A stretch of 64,000 bases of DNA from Eledone cirrhosa (Eukaryota). Shown here in pieces: positions 28,940-41,057 of this stretch. The DNA lies in assembly GCA_964016885.1 (NCBI GenBank), contig OZ024740.1, positions 186,248,001-186,312,000 on the forward strand, read 5' to 3'. Below the pieces are notes generated by a model, which saw nothing but the letters and a program-made list of their open reading frames with translations, had not been told where the DNA came from and searched no databases. Each line of letters begins with the position of its first letter. Positions within the stretch are counted from its first letter, which is position 1. The position numbers were made by a program, and so were the translations under genes.

Positions 28940-31900
28940 TTACAGACACATACTCAGAGAAGGCCCATTCATTCGGGCCATACTTGCTTCTCTCACCCAT
29001 CTTTCAACAAAATGCTGGGAAGAGAGCACTTCCCTCTCTACCCTGATTTTCCTTTTCAAATGAAATTTGAAAAAGTTAATCAGGGCATCACCGAAGAGGT
29101 AAGTGCTCGTCTTCAGCCCTTTCAAACGTGTCCACCATACTATCTCTTTCGCCATGGCCACCAGACAGATAAAAACTGCCTGCCCTTCCCGGCTAAAGGG
29201 AGAGGGCGGGGCAATACTCACGATGGACTCAGATTATAGCCGGATCCGTCCTACACGCGACAGCAGGTGTTCGACATAAACCCACAAGTCAGCAATTTTC
29301 GGCCACTGGACGAGTGCATGCAGGACGGTTTCGTCGCCCTGCGCGCATCTCGGACATGCCCGGCTGACGGCACCTCCATGCCTGTAGAGTTTATCCCAAA
29401 CTGGCAAGGCTCCTCGGTAGCACAGCCAGGCCAGAGATTTTTGGAAGTTTTCCATAGGCCCTGTTCCGAAAGTTCTTCCGAAGAGATTGGCTAGTTGATT
29501 TTCGTCGACGCCTAGAGTTTCCCCAAGTACGTCGTTGCTCTTCTACTCCACTAATCCTCTATAGAACGCCATGGTGGAGTTTCCACCTTCCATTGCCCGA
29601 TTGGTCGAGGGCTGTGAGCGCCTGAAGACATTTTAGTCTCCAAGCGCACCCTCTCGTCTTCGCTTGACCCATGACTGCAGCTCCGTCAAGGAAACGAGCT
29701 GGGGAAATACGTGTCTAGCAAACGGCGACCACACCTGATCACCGTCGAGGAAGAGGTGGAGGTGTCGTAGCCTGAGTGCGTGCCTGTGCATCATCAGCCA
29801 CGGCATGCCCAGCCCTCCACGTAGCGGGTGTTGGCAACAGATAGACCGCCTGACCATCGGAGCGCGTCCCTTCCACAAAAAGCGAAAGAGCAAACGCTCC
29901 AGCGCAGTCAGGCGAGGCTTAGGACAAGGTACGACGGTCAGGCGGTAGCAGATGACAGACGCGATGTACGCATTAGCCACCTCCGCTCGACCTTTCAGGG
30001 ATAGCTTCCTCTCCGCCCATTTCTGGGTTAGAGAAGCCACCCTGCTCGTCACCTCGTCCCAGTTTTTGTCCGTCTGGAGGTCCAGAACGAACCAGACCCC
30101 TAGCAATTTAACCGGTCCGTCCGTCCAGCGTCCGACGACGCTGTTGGACGGCATGGACCTGGTTCTCCAGGTGCCGAGATGCAGGCCCACTGACTTTTCC
30201 TGGTTGATCATTGCTCCTGTCACCGCTTCGTATTCTCTTAGTGTAGTGCCGATCGCCTCGATGTGTTTGGCGTTCGACACCACTACGGTGACATCGTCCG
30301 AATATGCTGACACGGATCTTCCGCATCCTATTTCGCGCGGGACGCCCCTCAACGTCTCCAGTTTGTGCAGTAATGGCTCGAGAGTCAATACGTACAAGAG
30401 GGACGAGAGGGGACATCCTTGGCAGACCGAGCGCATGATGTTGAACGGTTCCGACAGGTGACCGTTCACTCTCACCACAGAGCAGATGTCGCTGTGCATG
30501 GCAGCGATCCAGCCTCTGAAGACGGGCCCAAAGCCAGCCGCCCTCAGGACTGCCGCTAGGTAACGATGGTCGACCCTATCGGAAGCTTTCAACTGATCTA
30601 AATTGATCAAGGACCCACCCGCCAGGTTCCCTAGCTACCCTCTCTACGATGTATCGCATGAGGTGGAGGTTGTCGTGGATGGATCTGTCGGGAATGGCGC
30701 ATGTCTGCGCCTCTCCCACCAGACCACCAACGACAAGCGCCAACCTCCTTGCTAGCACCTTGGCCAAAATCTCGAACTCTGTGTTTAGCAGAGTTATGGG
30801 TCGGAAATTATCTATGTTATCCCCCTCGTTCGGATCCTTTCACAGCAGTGCCACGGCTCCTCGGCTCACAGAACTGGGAATTCTCCCGTTCTGTTGCCAG
30901 TTGCAGTAGACGTCCGCCAAGAGGCCTCCGAACAAGTCTGGCATCTGTACGTAAAGTTCATAGGGCAGACCATCCAAACCAGGCGATTTACCCCTTGTGC
31001 AGCCAGTCATTGCCTCCCGTACTTCAGCGGCTGTTATCGGCTTCTCTCAACACTCCGCCTCAGTGGCCGAGAGCCGCGGCAGTCCGTCAAGGTAGACACT
31101 AAAGTCCATCCGTCGATTCGGCCCGCCGCTGCCCCCGAACAGCTGGGCGAAGTGTCGCTGGAAAGCTTCACACATTTGCCCGGGATCGAGTAGCATGCGC
31201 TAGTCGTGGTCCACCAAAGACCAGATCGTGGCTTTGTTGCCACGACACGCCTCCGCCACTCGGGCCCATTGAAAGGCTTTCGTCCCCTCGTGTCTGAGAG
31301 CACGCACCCTAGTTTCGACAACGCAGCCTTCGTGCTTTGTATTGAAGAATTGGTCAAGGGCCAATTTCGCCGCAAGTACGTCGGTCGCGATGCCTTTGCT
31401 AAGCGCCTCGTCTAATTTTTTAACTAGTTCTCCTTCTGCTCTATTTTTCTCTCTTGCTAAAGCCTTACTAACCTAATGGATTATATTCTAATCTCTCTTC
31501 TCAGAGAAAACCACCACTTTTTGTTGACGATGGCCCCCATCAATGCCCGCTTAACTAGTTCGCTAATTCGGTCTCTGTTAGCCTTGCCCGATGGTAAGGA
31601 CGCGTTTAGCTTCCAGTAGCCGAGTCCTCGTCTATTAAGCCTATCTAAGTCAAGCACACAGATCACGATTTTGTGGTCCGTGTAGCTGACTATCTTGAAT
31701 TGTGGACAGCCTGTGCTAGACCTATCTATTTCCCTACAAAATAGTATATGTAGATATGATCTGGATGACCCGATGCGGTTTGTCGAAGTTCACATTGGCA
31801 CATTCGGGAAATTCAATCGGTACCTGTCAGACAGTTCAAAACGCCTGAGCAGGTTGGTGAGGCTCTTGCACCCTCCTCCTCTATCCGCTAATCTCACACA

Positions 31901-32328
31901 GTCCCAGCATGCATCTAAGATCCCGTTCCAGTCGCCCACTAACACTAAAGTGCTGGACGTTCCAAGAAAGGTCTCCAGACGCCGGAAGAAATCATGCCAC
32001 TAGCCTGAAAGCTTGCCCGTCTCCGCTGGTCAAGTCCAGCACCACCAACTTACCTTCTTGGTCCAGGAATATGGCCCGTATGTCGAGATCCAAACCTCTC
32101 AGAAAAAATACAGCAACTCCCCCCCTCCCCCTATCCCGGACGGCTGGGAGATGCGTACACATTGTAGCCGCCGAAGATCGGTGCGAAGATCCCTGCTTCG
32201 GAGATTCTGGTCTCGCTGATGTCCACTACATCTATGTTTAGTGACCTGAGGTCGATGAGCAGGTGGCTCTGCTTTCATGACGACCCCAAGCCACGCGCAT
32301 TTATGCTGCCTATTCTGAGTGAGGTCAT
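28940..32328 (-). pseudogene. Tx1-like ORF2: APE endonuclease + RT + C-terminal zinc finger
   Basis: IGSINARGL, SETR, GDWN, TDH, GYWKLN, IPDRSIHDN, DRVDH, QGCPLS, YSDD, LSLKGR, GGLG, CPRC..DETVLHAL; broken by stops and frameshifts. Confidence 0.92.
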
Positions 32329-32362
32329 GTTGAAATGCAGTGGAAAAGATGGGAAAGACCAC

Positions 32363-34278
32363 TTACCTTACTTCTCGTAGAGGAAGGATGGTTTCTCCAT
32401 CCTTTTCACTGCTTGTGGCCGCCTCCGGGAAGATGTCCTTATAAATCCCCCTGGAGAGTGCTGGTCGGAAGTCTCCGATGTCTTTGGGGTATTTTTGTTT
32501 TAGTGTCGTGTACGTTTTCTGTGTGATGCGAGTGATTTGTATGTGTGGAGGTGGTGTGAAATTTGGGGTTGTTGTGTAGTCTTTTTCTGTGATGCTGGTG
32601 TTGTGTTGGATGTAGTGTAATAATTGGTTGTTGTTCAAATTTAATGGTGTGTAGTGTGTATCGTTTTGGTTGTTTTGTTTTGTTTGCGTTTGTTGTGGGT
32701 TTGTTTCTGTTTCGCTTTTTGGTGACTTTTGTGGTGTTGGTGATGGTTGTTTTGGGGTTAATGATGTTGATGGTGTTGGTGTTTGTTGTGATGGAGTTGG
32801 TGATGCTGGTGTGGATGGTGGCATATCTGTCCTAACTTTTTTGTTTGATAGTTTATTTGTTTCCCTCTGTATTTTGTTTTTGGAGGGAGAGGGAAGAGAA
32901 TTTTTTTTCTTTTTTGGTTTCTTTTTTTCTTTTTTCCTGCTACCGTTTCCCACTCCTCGTCGTCATAATCTGTCTCCAGTTGTGATAGGCCGGGGAGTGG
33001 AAAATCCTCCACAGGCGTTGGTTTTGGTTGTGGCATGGTGGATGGTGTAGGCGCTGCTGCTATTTCTGTCGCGTTGGGTGGTGGTGGTGTTGGTTTTGCT
33101 ACTGTTGCTGGGGTTGTTGCTGTTACAGTTGCTTCTGTTGTTGCTGCCATCTCTGCTGCTGGTGGCGTTGATGGTTGAGTCACTGGGGTGGGTAAGAGAG
33201 GTGGCCTCAACCGTTTAGCCTGAGGGCAGAAAGCCCTTAGGTGGGTTCCTTCACCACAAATGACACACCTAGGCCTTCTGCCCTCGACGATTACGGTGAG
33301 GTGGCTGCCGTCAGTGAGGTCTATTACCTCTGGGATCTCCTCAATGCTTTTATGGTCCGCTTGGATCAGGAGCTCCATCCCAGATCCGGACCAGTTCTCC
33401 TGCTTTTCTTTTGCTATTTCGATTATCTTGGTGTTGGCTTCGATGCCGGCGAGGACAGCAGCCGTTATCCAGGGAATTATGATGGCCCGTGGGACGTGGG
33501 TCACCCTGATCTTCACGAGTCTCTGGCCACAATAGCTTGGGACGAGTGTGAAGTCGTCACTTCTTAATGGGGCCATGGAGTGTTTTCTGGCCTCCTGTGG
33601 TGTTTGAAAGAACACGTCCACGGCTCCATATTTCTGCCCACGTCTGATGTGGGTTTTTCTGGCCCACACGTGTCCCAAAGCTTTTTGGATTTGGGACTCG
33701 AATGACCGTTCCACACGGGGCGATTTTATGTTAATCGTCCGATAAGACACGGTGCATAGGTGCCGATGCTCTATTTTATTAGGGGGGGGGCTGACCCTGT
33801 ACCCATCTTTCTTTACCATTTTTTTGGCTTCTTCTAATTCCTCCTGAGTTACCTGGAATGCTTCGCACTTTTTTGCTACTCTGGCAAAATATAGGGTTGT
33901 TTTCTTAATTTCATTGTTGCTGTTGTTGTTATCGTTATTTTTGTTATTGTTAATTTTAGTTTCAGTTGTGGTGTTGGTGGCGTCAATAGTGTTCGGTGTG
34001 GAAGAGTTCATTTTCGCTGAATTCGTTTCGATATCACGAGTAATTTATTTTTTTCTTTTGTTTCTGTTGTGGTGGTGGTGGTCGGTGGCGGCTTCAACAC
34101 CTGCAGTCATTGGTAATGGCGGGAAATGAATGTCTGCCTGAGACAAATTTGAAATATTGCTACTGCTTATATTTTTAGTGTTGGCAAACGTAGTAATATT
34201 TACAATGGTGGTGTCGGTGTGAGGTGTTAGTTTGTGAGGAAGGCTCTCAGCTACTGGGTTCAGCTTTGAGTCGGCCAT
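32363..34278 (-). pseudogene. Tx1-like ORF1 (gag-like, single CX2CX4HX4C knuckle, Pro/Thr-rich tail)
   Basis: GRRPRCVICGEGTHLRAFC; ORF pieces 34045-34278, 32758-34011 and 32363-32953. Confidence 0.85.
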
Positions 34279-34474
34279 AATTTTTCAAAGACATTTTTGT
34301 TTGTTTGATAATTATAAAAGTTTAAATTTTTTTGAGTGTCCTTTTCAGAAAACAATGTGTGTGCACTTATATACAGTTAACAATAACAATTTTCCAATAA
34401 TGGCAATTTTAAACAACTGAAAATAACAGATATTTGCGGAGCTCACGATAATACGATTTACTACGTGGGTCGCC

Positions 34475-34511
<37 letters not shown>

Positions 34512-34539
34512 AATAGTTACTTTAGATCATCTCATCTCT

Positions 34540-34614
34540 ATTTTATGATATATATTTCGAAAATGCAAGGCTTATGTATAAAATAATCCAAAACATGTTC
34601 TCGTCAGATAAAAT
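34540..34614 (-). ncRNA. Type I hammerhead ribozyme
   Basis: attttat CTGACGA gaacatg..cattttc GAAA tatata TC ataaaat; 7-bp stem I, 6/7-bp stem II, palindromic stem III, AUC cleavage triplet. Confidence 0.65.
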
Positions 34615-34683
34615 GCATAGGAGATGCAGGTTTCTTTTGATATACTGGCGGTCAAACGAGCTGGACACATCGGTGACAACCAA

Positions 34684-34730
<47 letters not shown>

Positions 34731-35099
34731 CATACACGGAGAAAGCTATTAGCGATACCCCGACCAATTTCCATCTCATTCAACAAACATTAGGAAATAC
34801 CGGAGTATATTCCCAATTAAACGTTATATTGTATTGTGTGGATAATCTGTTGTAATATTTTATATGAGAAATATAATACGCACGCACACTCACATAAACA
34901 TACGCGCACGTACATACACACGCACACATGTTAATAGTTATTGCTTTCCTTCCCCTCTTATTTCCATACACATCACACACACACATGTCTCTACACTGAC
35001 ACATATAGATAGTGTATTCAACACACCGTTCACTTTGCCTCTCTGTCTTTACTCTCTCCTCTCAATCCCTCATTGGCATTATGCATATTAATTTAAGTT

Positions 35100-35640
35100 T
35101 GGCGTCGTTGAGGTGGGCGGAGTCGTTCAAACCTATGAACCAATGATAATCGAGAATTATGACACAGGGAATACTGACATTGTTGAAATTAATATAAAAC
35201 TTATCAACATGTGTGAGTGTGTGCGTGTGTGTAAGTGCACGGGTGCGTGTGTAAGTTTGCGTGCGTGTGCGCGTACGTGCGGCCTTCCACAATCGCCACG
35301 CAGTTTATCTGCAGAGTTGTGAAGGGAGTAAATAGGGACCTTTTTTTCACATTGACGGACATCTTTTATATTTATTATTGTGTCATTTTTTGACAATTGC
35401 TCGAAATGAATACTGATAATAAAAGCAATTCGACTTTATCAAACAGTAAACTACAGCGGCGTGAGCGTGCAGCCAGGAATGAAGAAAAACGGGCCGAACA
35501 GCGCCATCGGAACGCCGAACTTCAGAGGCGAAGATGTGCCGCCATGAATGAAGAGGAGTTGGCTGAACAACGCCAACGAAACACCCTGAGACAAGCAGCG
35601 ACGGCGTGCTGCGATGGTTGAAGACGAACTGGCTGAGCAT
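35100..35640 (+). mobile_element. Probable Helitron 5' internal fragment (charged helical repeats)
   Basis: Repeated RAARNEEKRAEQRHRN / CAAMNEEELAEQRQRN units resembling N-terminal repeats of RepHel ORFs; no catalytic domain seen. Confidence 0.4.
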
Positions 35641-35675
35641 CGTCTTTATATTAATTATCTATATCTATATCTATA

Positions 35676-36020
35676 TCTACATATAATATAAAATATTGGA
35701 ACTTCCATCATCCTTTGAGAAACGTGGAACAACCACGTCTATGCAATGATACACGTTTTACAGTCAGGCAGAAGATGAACCATATCCTAGAGGTCACTAT
35801 TCTAGGTGGGAGCACCTAGAATTGTTCATGTACTATGCACAAACGGTACAATGAAGAATCTGGTATATCTGGAAGATTTCTTTTACTGTTTTTTTGTATC
35901 ACACAGACATCACGGACTCGCCTCATACTGTAACTAGACAAACATCTAATAGTCATTTTCTCTTTTACATGTCTTCTCTTATCATCTGTTTACCCGGGCA
36001 AAGCTGGGTACGTCAGCTAC
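35676..36020 (+). mobile_element. Non-autonomous Helitron
   Basis: 5' TCTACATATAATATAAAA; 3' hairpin acccgggcaaagctgggt followed by cagCTAC (decayed CTAG). Confidence 0.6.
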
Positions 36021-36221
36021 TCAATATTAATAACTTAAATCAACATTAATATTCAGCGATAATCTCCATCAGTGCTAGAAAGAGCTGCTTATATTGTGTG
36101 TCCAGCAATTCTAAAGAAAATCTCACACTGTCCCCAAATGGAAGGGGGAGGTCATCGCGAAAAACTAAAATAATATACACGCAGGTCATTGAACTGTTAA
36201 GAATTCAAGCCACGTGTGAAG

Positions 36222-36254
<33 letters not shown>

Positions 36255-36394
36255 GTATTAATAAAAGAATTCCAACTTTGTCTGATTTACTCGTTTTATT
36301 TACAATACTTTAAAATTATAATGATATTATAATGAAATAGTATGGTAGAATATTAAATGTTAAGTGTTAATTGAACAAGTACTTTCATGCTTTC

Positions 36395-36477
36395 GCAATA
36401 TTCAGGTTCATATTCAGTGGTGACAGTCAAGTTTGCAATTTCCAACTGTCACCACTGAATATGAACCTGAAGATTGC
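36395..36477. repeat. 33-bp inverted repeat with 17-nt spacer
   Basis: 36395-36427 versus 36445-36477, one mismatch. Confidence 0.85.
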
Positions 36478-37998
36478 AATGCAGTGGCTATAATTTCCAA
36501 CATAAATATTTGTTGAGATTCTATTTTTGGCGGTATATTCGTATACATTGCACATACTCGGAAAGCAAAATCATAATATGTTTAGTCATAATATACGGCA
36601 TGGTTAACAAGCTATACCTCTTCACTAAATGCATTACAATATTTAGTTAATTACCTACTCCTCGCTTCTTAACATCAACTACAGTTATGTTTCTTTTTTC
36701 TTTTCTCTTGGTAAAAGTGTTTTGCTAGGTCAATTAAATTGAATCGCCCACTGACTTTTCTGTTCACTTTTCAAGAATCGAATAAGCATCAATGTAGAAA
36801 ATAATCAATGATTGACTGTGTTCAAATTCCCCCTCTAATTCCTGACTCTATATTTTAACATATACTCTTTATTTATTTCTATACATCTTCGTACGAAACT
36901 AGCATTATTAGAGTCTGACTAGTTTTATATTATTTATATTTTCAGGCAAACACTCGAAATCGACTTTCCATTGAAATAGTACATTTTGAAAATTACATAA
37001 ACGAAAAACCATAGAAAACAAAACGCAAGAGGGAAAAAGACCAAACCCGGCATAACGCTGATATTAATACTATTCATAAAAGGATTAAAAGACTTAAATA
37101 AATAAAAATAAATCCATACATCCTTATTTTTAATCTGTTATACACGGCTTTGTTTATTACATTATCCCAACTGTCTACGGAAGTAAACAAGGTGTTACAT
37201 CAGTAATATGTGATTTACCTACTTTTCACAGAACTCCTCAGGTAAGACAACAACTTCACAACTCTGTTTCATATAAGGAAAAATATTTATTGAGAGCATA
37301 TCAGTTATATTTCATATAGGCTATGATAAATTTAATCTAGATGTAGCTATAGTTTTGAATTCTAAGCCTAGCTATAAGAAAGGTGAAATTATAAACATCT
37401 TTTGTTTTTTTCTTTTGTCATTCTCTCTATACTCCGAGAAAAAGAGACATTATACCAGAATTTTCAGTTTACGAAATGAATAAGACTATTGAGCTTACAT
37501 CTGTTTCTTATCATTTATAACTGCAGTTACACCAACATGAAATGTATCTTAGAATTTCTAATATATACTAAGCTTTGCTTAACGATTTAGTATTCTGTGT
37601 AGTTTTCAACAATTGTATATATTTTAATATTAAAATATATATGCTGCTAAAAACTACACATTTTAAGTAAATATACATATATTTGTTTCTGAAATAAATG
37701 CATTATTATTTTTTTTTTTATCAAAAGCATACTTTTTCCGAAACTCAGAAATGTGAACAGTTTTTATTAAAAGATACAACAATCATATGTTACCGGATGA
37801 CATATATAATTGCATTACATATCTGGATCAGAGGTGACCACCAATAGGTTGTCGGTCCCTTTCAAACTTCTTTTGAACAGGAGATTGTATGAATTGAATC
37901 TTATCTTGCAAATACCCATACCATAGTGGACATTGAAATTAACGCCTCGTAATAACCAATCAGTAATCAAATAATTTACAAAGCTGATCTTTATTATG

Positions 37999-38069
<71 letters not shown>

Positions 38070-38299
38070 CGATGAAGTTTCGTTTACGTGTATTTATGTT
38101 TATATTGTTCATCGAACTGTTAAGCGCGTTTCAAAGATGAATGGCTCAAGTCACCCATAAAAATTATTGACCCGCCTCCAACATCGATCGGCTCATCAAG
38201 CTGATGTTGCAATTTTATCTCTGCATCGAGTGTTCATATTACAACCGCCACAAGTAATTCACTGAACACTTACTCTCTCTCTCCCTGCTTCTCTCTCTC

Positions 38300-38367
<68 letters not shown>

Positions 38368-38388
38368 TCTTTGTATATATATATATAT

Positions 38389-38577
38389 ATAGGAAAAGAG
38401 GCAGGACCCCGACGGCTGTGCTCCGGTCGTTTATATAGTTAGATCCGTTCAGATCTAGCTGTCGAAACGGCCGGAGCTCAGCCGTTGGGGTCCTGACTCT
38501 TTTCCTATTGGCCACTCTACTACCTTAATTATCGAGTACTCTGCTGCGTTACCTGATTCCTTGCCATACTTTCTTTG

Positions 38578-38580
<3 letters not shown>
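38389..38580 (+). mobile_element. Hairpin+tail element copy 3
   Basis: Imperfect inverted repeat 38389-38508 plus tail, inside (TA)n. Confidence 0.78.
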
Positions 38581-38613
<33 letters not shown>

Positions 38614-38618
<5 letters not shown>

Positions 38619-39120
38619 AATTAATATAAATTAATATATGACAAACACTAATACAATTATATAAGTGTTTGTATTGCAAATGACCAAGTTAGCTAGATTG
38701 AAAAATACTAATTAAATTAATACAGTTTGCCTGTCTCGATTTAAAATAATAAATCAATAAAAACAAACCCATATTGGCAATAGCCGTGATACCTGGACAA
38801 ATTTAAATTTGGCTTTTGAAATTTAAATTTGTCTGCGGAACAGTTTTGGGTTTTGAAATTTAAATTTGTCGAGGTATCACGGCTATTGCCAATATGGGTT
38901 TGTTTTTATTGATTTATTATTTTAAATCGAGACAGGCAAACTGTATTAATTTAATTAGTATTTTTCAATCTAGCTAACTTGGTCATTTGCAATACAAACA
39001 CTTATATAATTGTATTAGTGTTTATCATATATTAATTTATATTAATTTGTATTTCACGGCTCAGAAACACCTCTTTCTTTGAGCTATTTAATTGTAAAAG
39101 ACTGTTTGAGTTTATAACTC
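38614..39120. repeat. 197-bp near-perfect fold-back plus 70-bp tail inside (TA)n
   Basis: 38614-38810 versus 38856-39052, two mismatches seen. Confidence 0.9.
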
Positions 39121-39128
39121 TATATATA

Positions 39129-39217
<89 letters not shown>

Positions 39218-40334
39218 CTGGCAGGCAAGGCAGACAGACCATGCTTATTCACTTCTTGATGGAACCCCTTTTAATTTAGTTTTGATAAAATCCTTCAAAA
39301 CAACGTAGAATACATGCGATCCCAATTGACGCACTTGTACAATTAGCGCAAATGATCTTTATATATAAATTCTCCTTATATATAATTCAGTATTAAACAT
39401 CTGTAACTTTAGTAAACAACATTGGTAATTGTTAGGTTAGTATTTCGCTTAGAATAATTCAGAAACAGCAACCTTTATTTGAAACAGGAAGACGTCTCTA
39501 CAATTAGAAAATAGGATTGATCGGGCGTAATTTATTTCATGAACAGAATATATGCTCAAAGAGTCGATAATAATGTTTTAGTTAGTCAGGAAAGATATAT
39601 TTGTTTTTCTATATAATTACAGCCTGAAATATTTAACATACAGGCTATTTGTGTCTTTCTTAACAACGAACTACATAATTTACTGCATTTAAACAACATG
39701 AGAAGAGACAACTAGATTTTCGGCATTATTTTACAAAAGAAAATAAGAGGATTTTGATTTCAAGAATCATTTGAAATTGATGCTTTCGTAGATTGAAAGG
39801 CGTTAACTTCTAAAGAGATATCTTGAAACAATGACAACGATGAATGGTATTCTGTGTACGAAGAAACAATTATTCCCAGAGATGACGGAAATAATCTCCT
39901 GCGTTTCCAAATAAGAAAGTATTTTGTGAAAGTATTTTGTTACAATCAAATATCAAGAAGTGGGTATGGAGAAGTGGTACTGAAAGGTTATATAGGGTAT
40001 TTTGATTCAAGACCATAGTTGAAAATATATAAGTGACAACAGTGATTTATACATGCATTAAAGAGATCAGTGTTTCAAATGTTAGTCAAGAGTTTGTATT
40101 CAACATGCGTTATAGAATAGTGTTACAACTGCTAATCCTACTCTGATATACAGTTTCGTTTTCACTTAAATCATTAATCTACTCTTTTAAACGCCACCAT
40201 TTGAAATCCGGTCTACATGTAATCCTTGTACTTTATTAACCAGTAATATTGAACGTATTCAAAACAAGTTTGTGAATCCATCATGCCATTGTGTCTTCTT
40301 CTTCTTCTTCTTCTTCTTATTATTATTATTATTA

Positions 40335-40518
40335 GGGCGGTAAATTGGCAATATCGGTAGAGGGTTGGACGCCATGCTTTCTAGCAAGTTACGTCCCTTT
40401 ACAGTCTGAGTTCAAATCCCGCCGATATTAACTTTGTCTTTCATCCTTACGGGTTCGATAAAATAAAGTACCAGTAATGTACTGAGTAATTGCTGGCCTT
40501 GTGCCTAAAGTAGAAACA
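40335..40518 (+). mobile_element. Full-length SINE in (TTA)n
   Basis: GGGCGG start, B-box gagttcaaatccc, core, tail running into (TTA)n. Confidence 0.9.
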
Positions 40519-40566
<48 letters not shown>

Positions 40567-40572
40567 GTTATT

Positions 40573-40722
40573 CCTTGAGTCTCAGTCATTGATGTTAGTT
40601 AACTGGAAAGTCCGTTGGAATGAATATCAAGCCACTACCTGCAGCCTCAGATATTCAGGACGTATCGGAGGGTTCTTGCTGTTCCCAGCAAGCATGCCTT
40701 TTGAAGCGTTCCAAATGGATAG
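40573..40722 (-). mobile_element. Dong-like LINE extreme 3' end (150 bp)
   Basis: Near-identical to 41057-41200; flanked by (TTA)n. Confidence 0.88.
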
Positions 40723-40740
40723 ATTATTATTATTATTATT

Positions 40741-40988
40741 ACAGTTGCATTTATCTTTCTTTATGTTCATACGACTTATCACCAAGTCACAACCAGTGAC
40801 CTCAAGAGAAAACAAGGTCCGCCATGGTCACGAAAGAACATACATACTCACACATGCATCTTTAGTGTTTAGACTTGTGATGTACTTATATTGACAGAAT
40901 CTTCCTTAGTATATGGGCAGTTCCCATTAGTACTATCTTTTGTATTTCTCCTATACGCGGGTTTCCTGGGATTTGCGATAAGTAATCA
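40741..40988 (-). mobile_element. 3' end of another R4/Dong-like family
   Basis: Minus strand translates YLSQIPGNPRIGEIQKIVLMGTAHILRKILSI* followed by a UTR; flanked by (TTA)n. Confidence 0.8.
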
Positions 40989-40997
40989 TTATTATTA

Positions 40998-41056
<59 letters not shown>

Positions 41057-41057
<1 letters not shown>

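Larger units (their letters stand above)
28694..34474 (-). mobile_element. Tx1-like LINE copy 2, near full length (about 5.8 kb, frameshifted)
   Basis: 5' end GGCGA identical to copy 1; two ORFs; 3' UTR with AATAAA then (TTA)n; (TAA)n on both sides. Confidence 0.93.
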
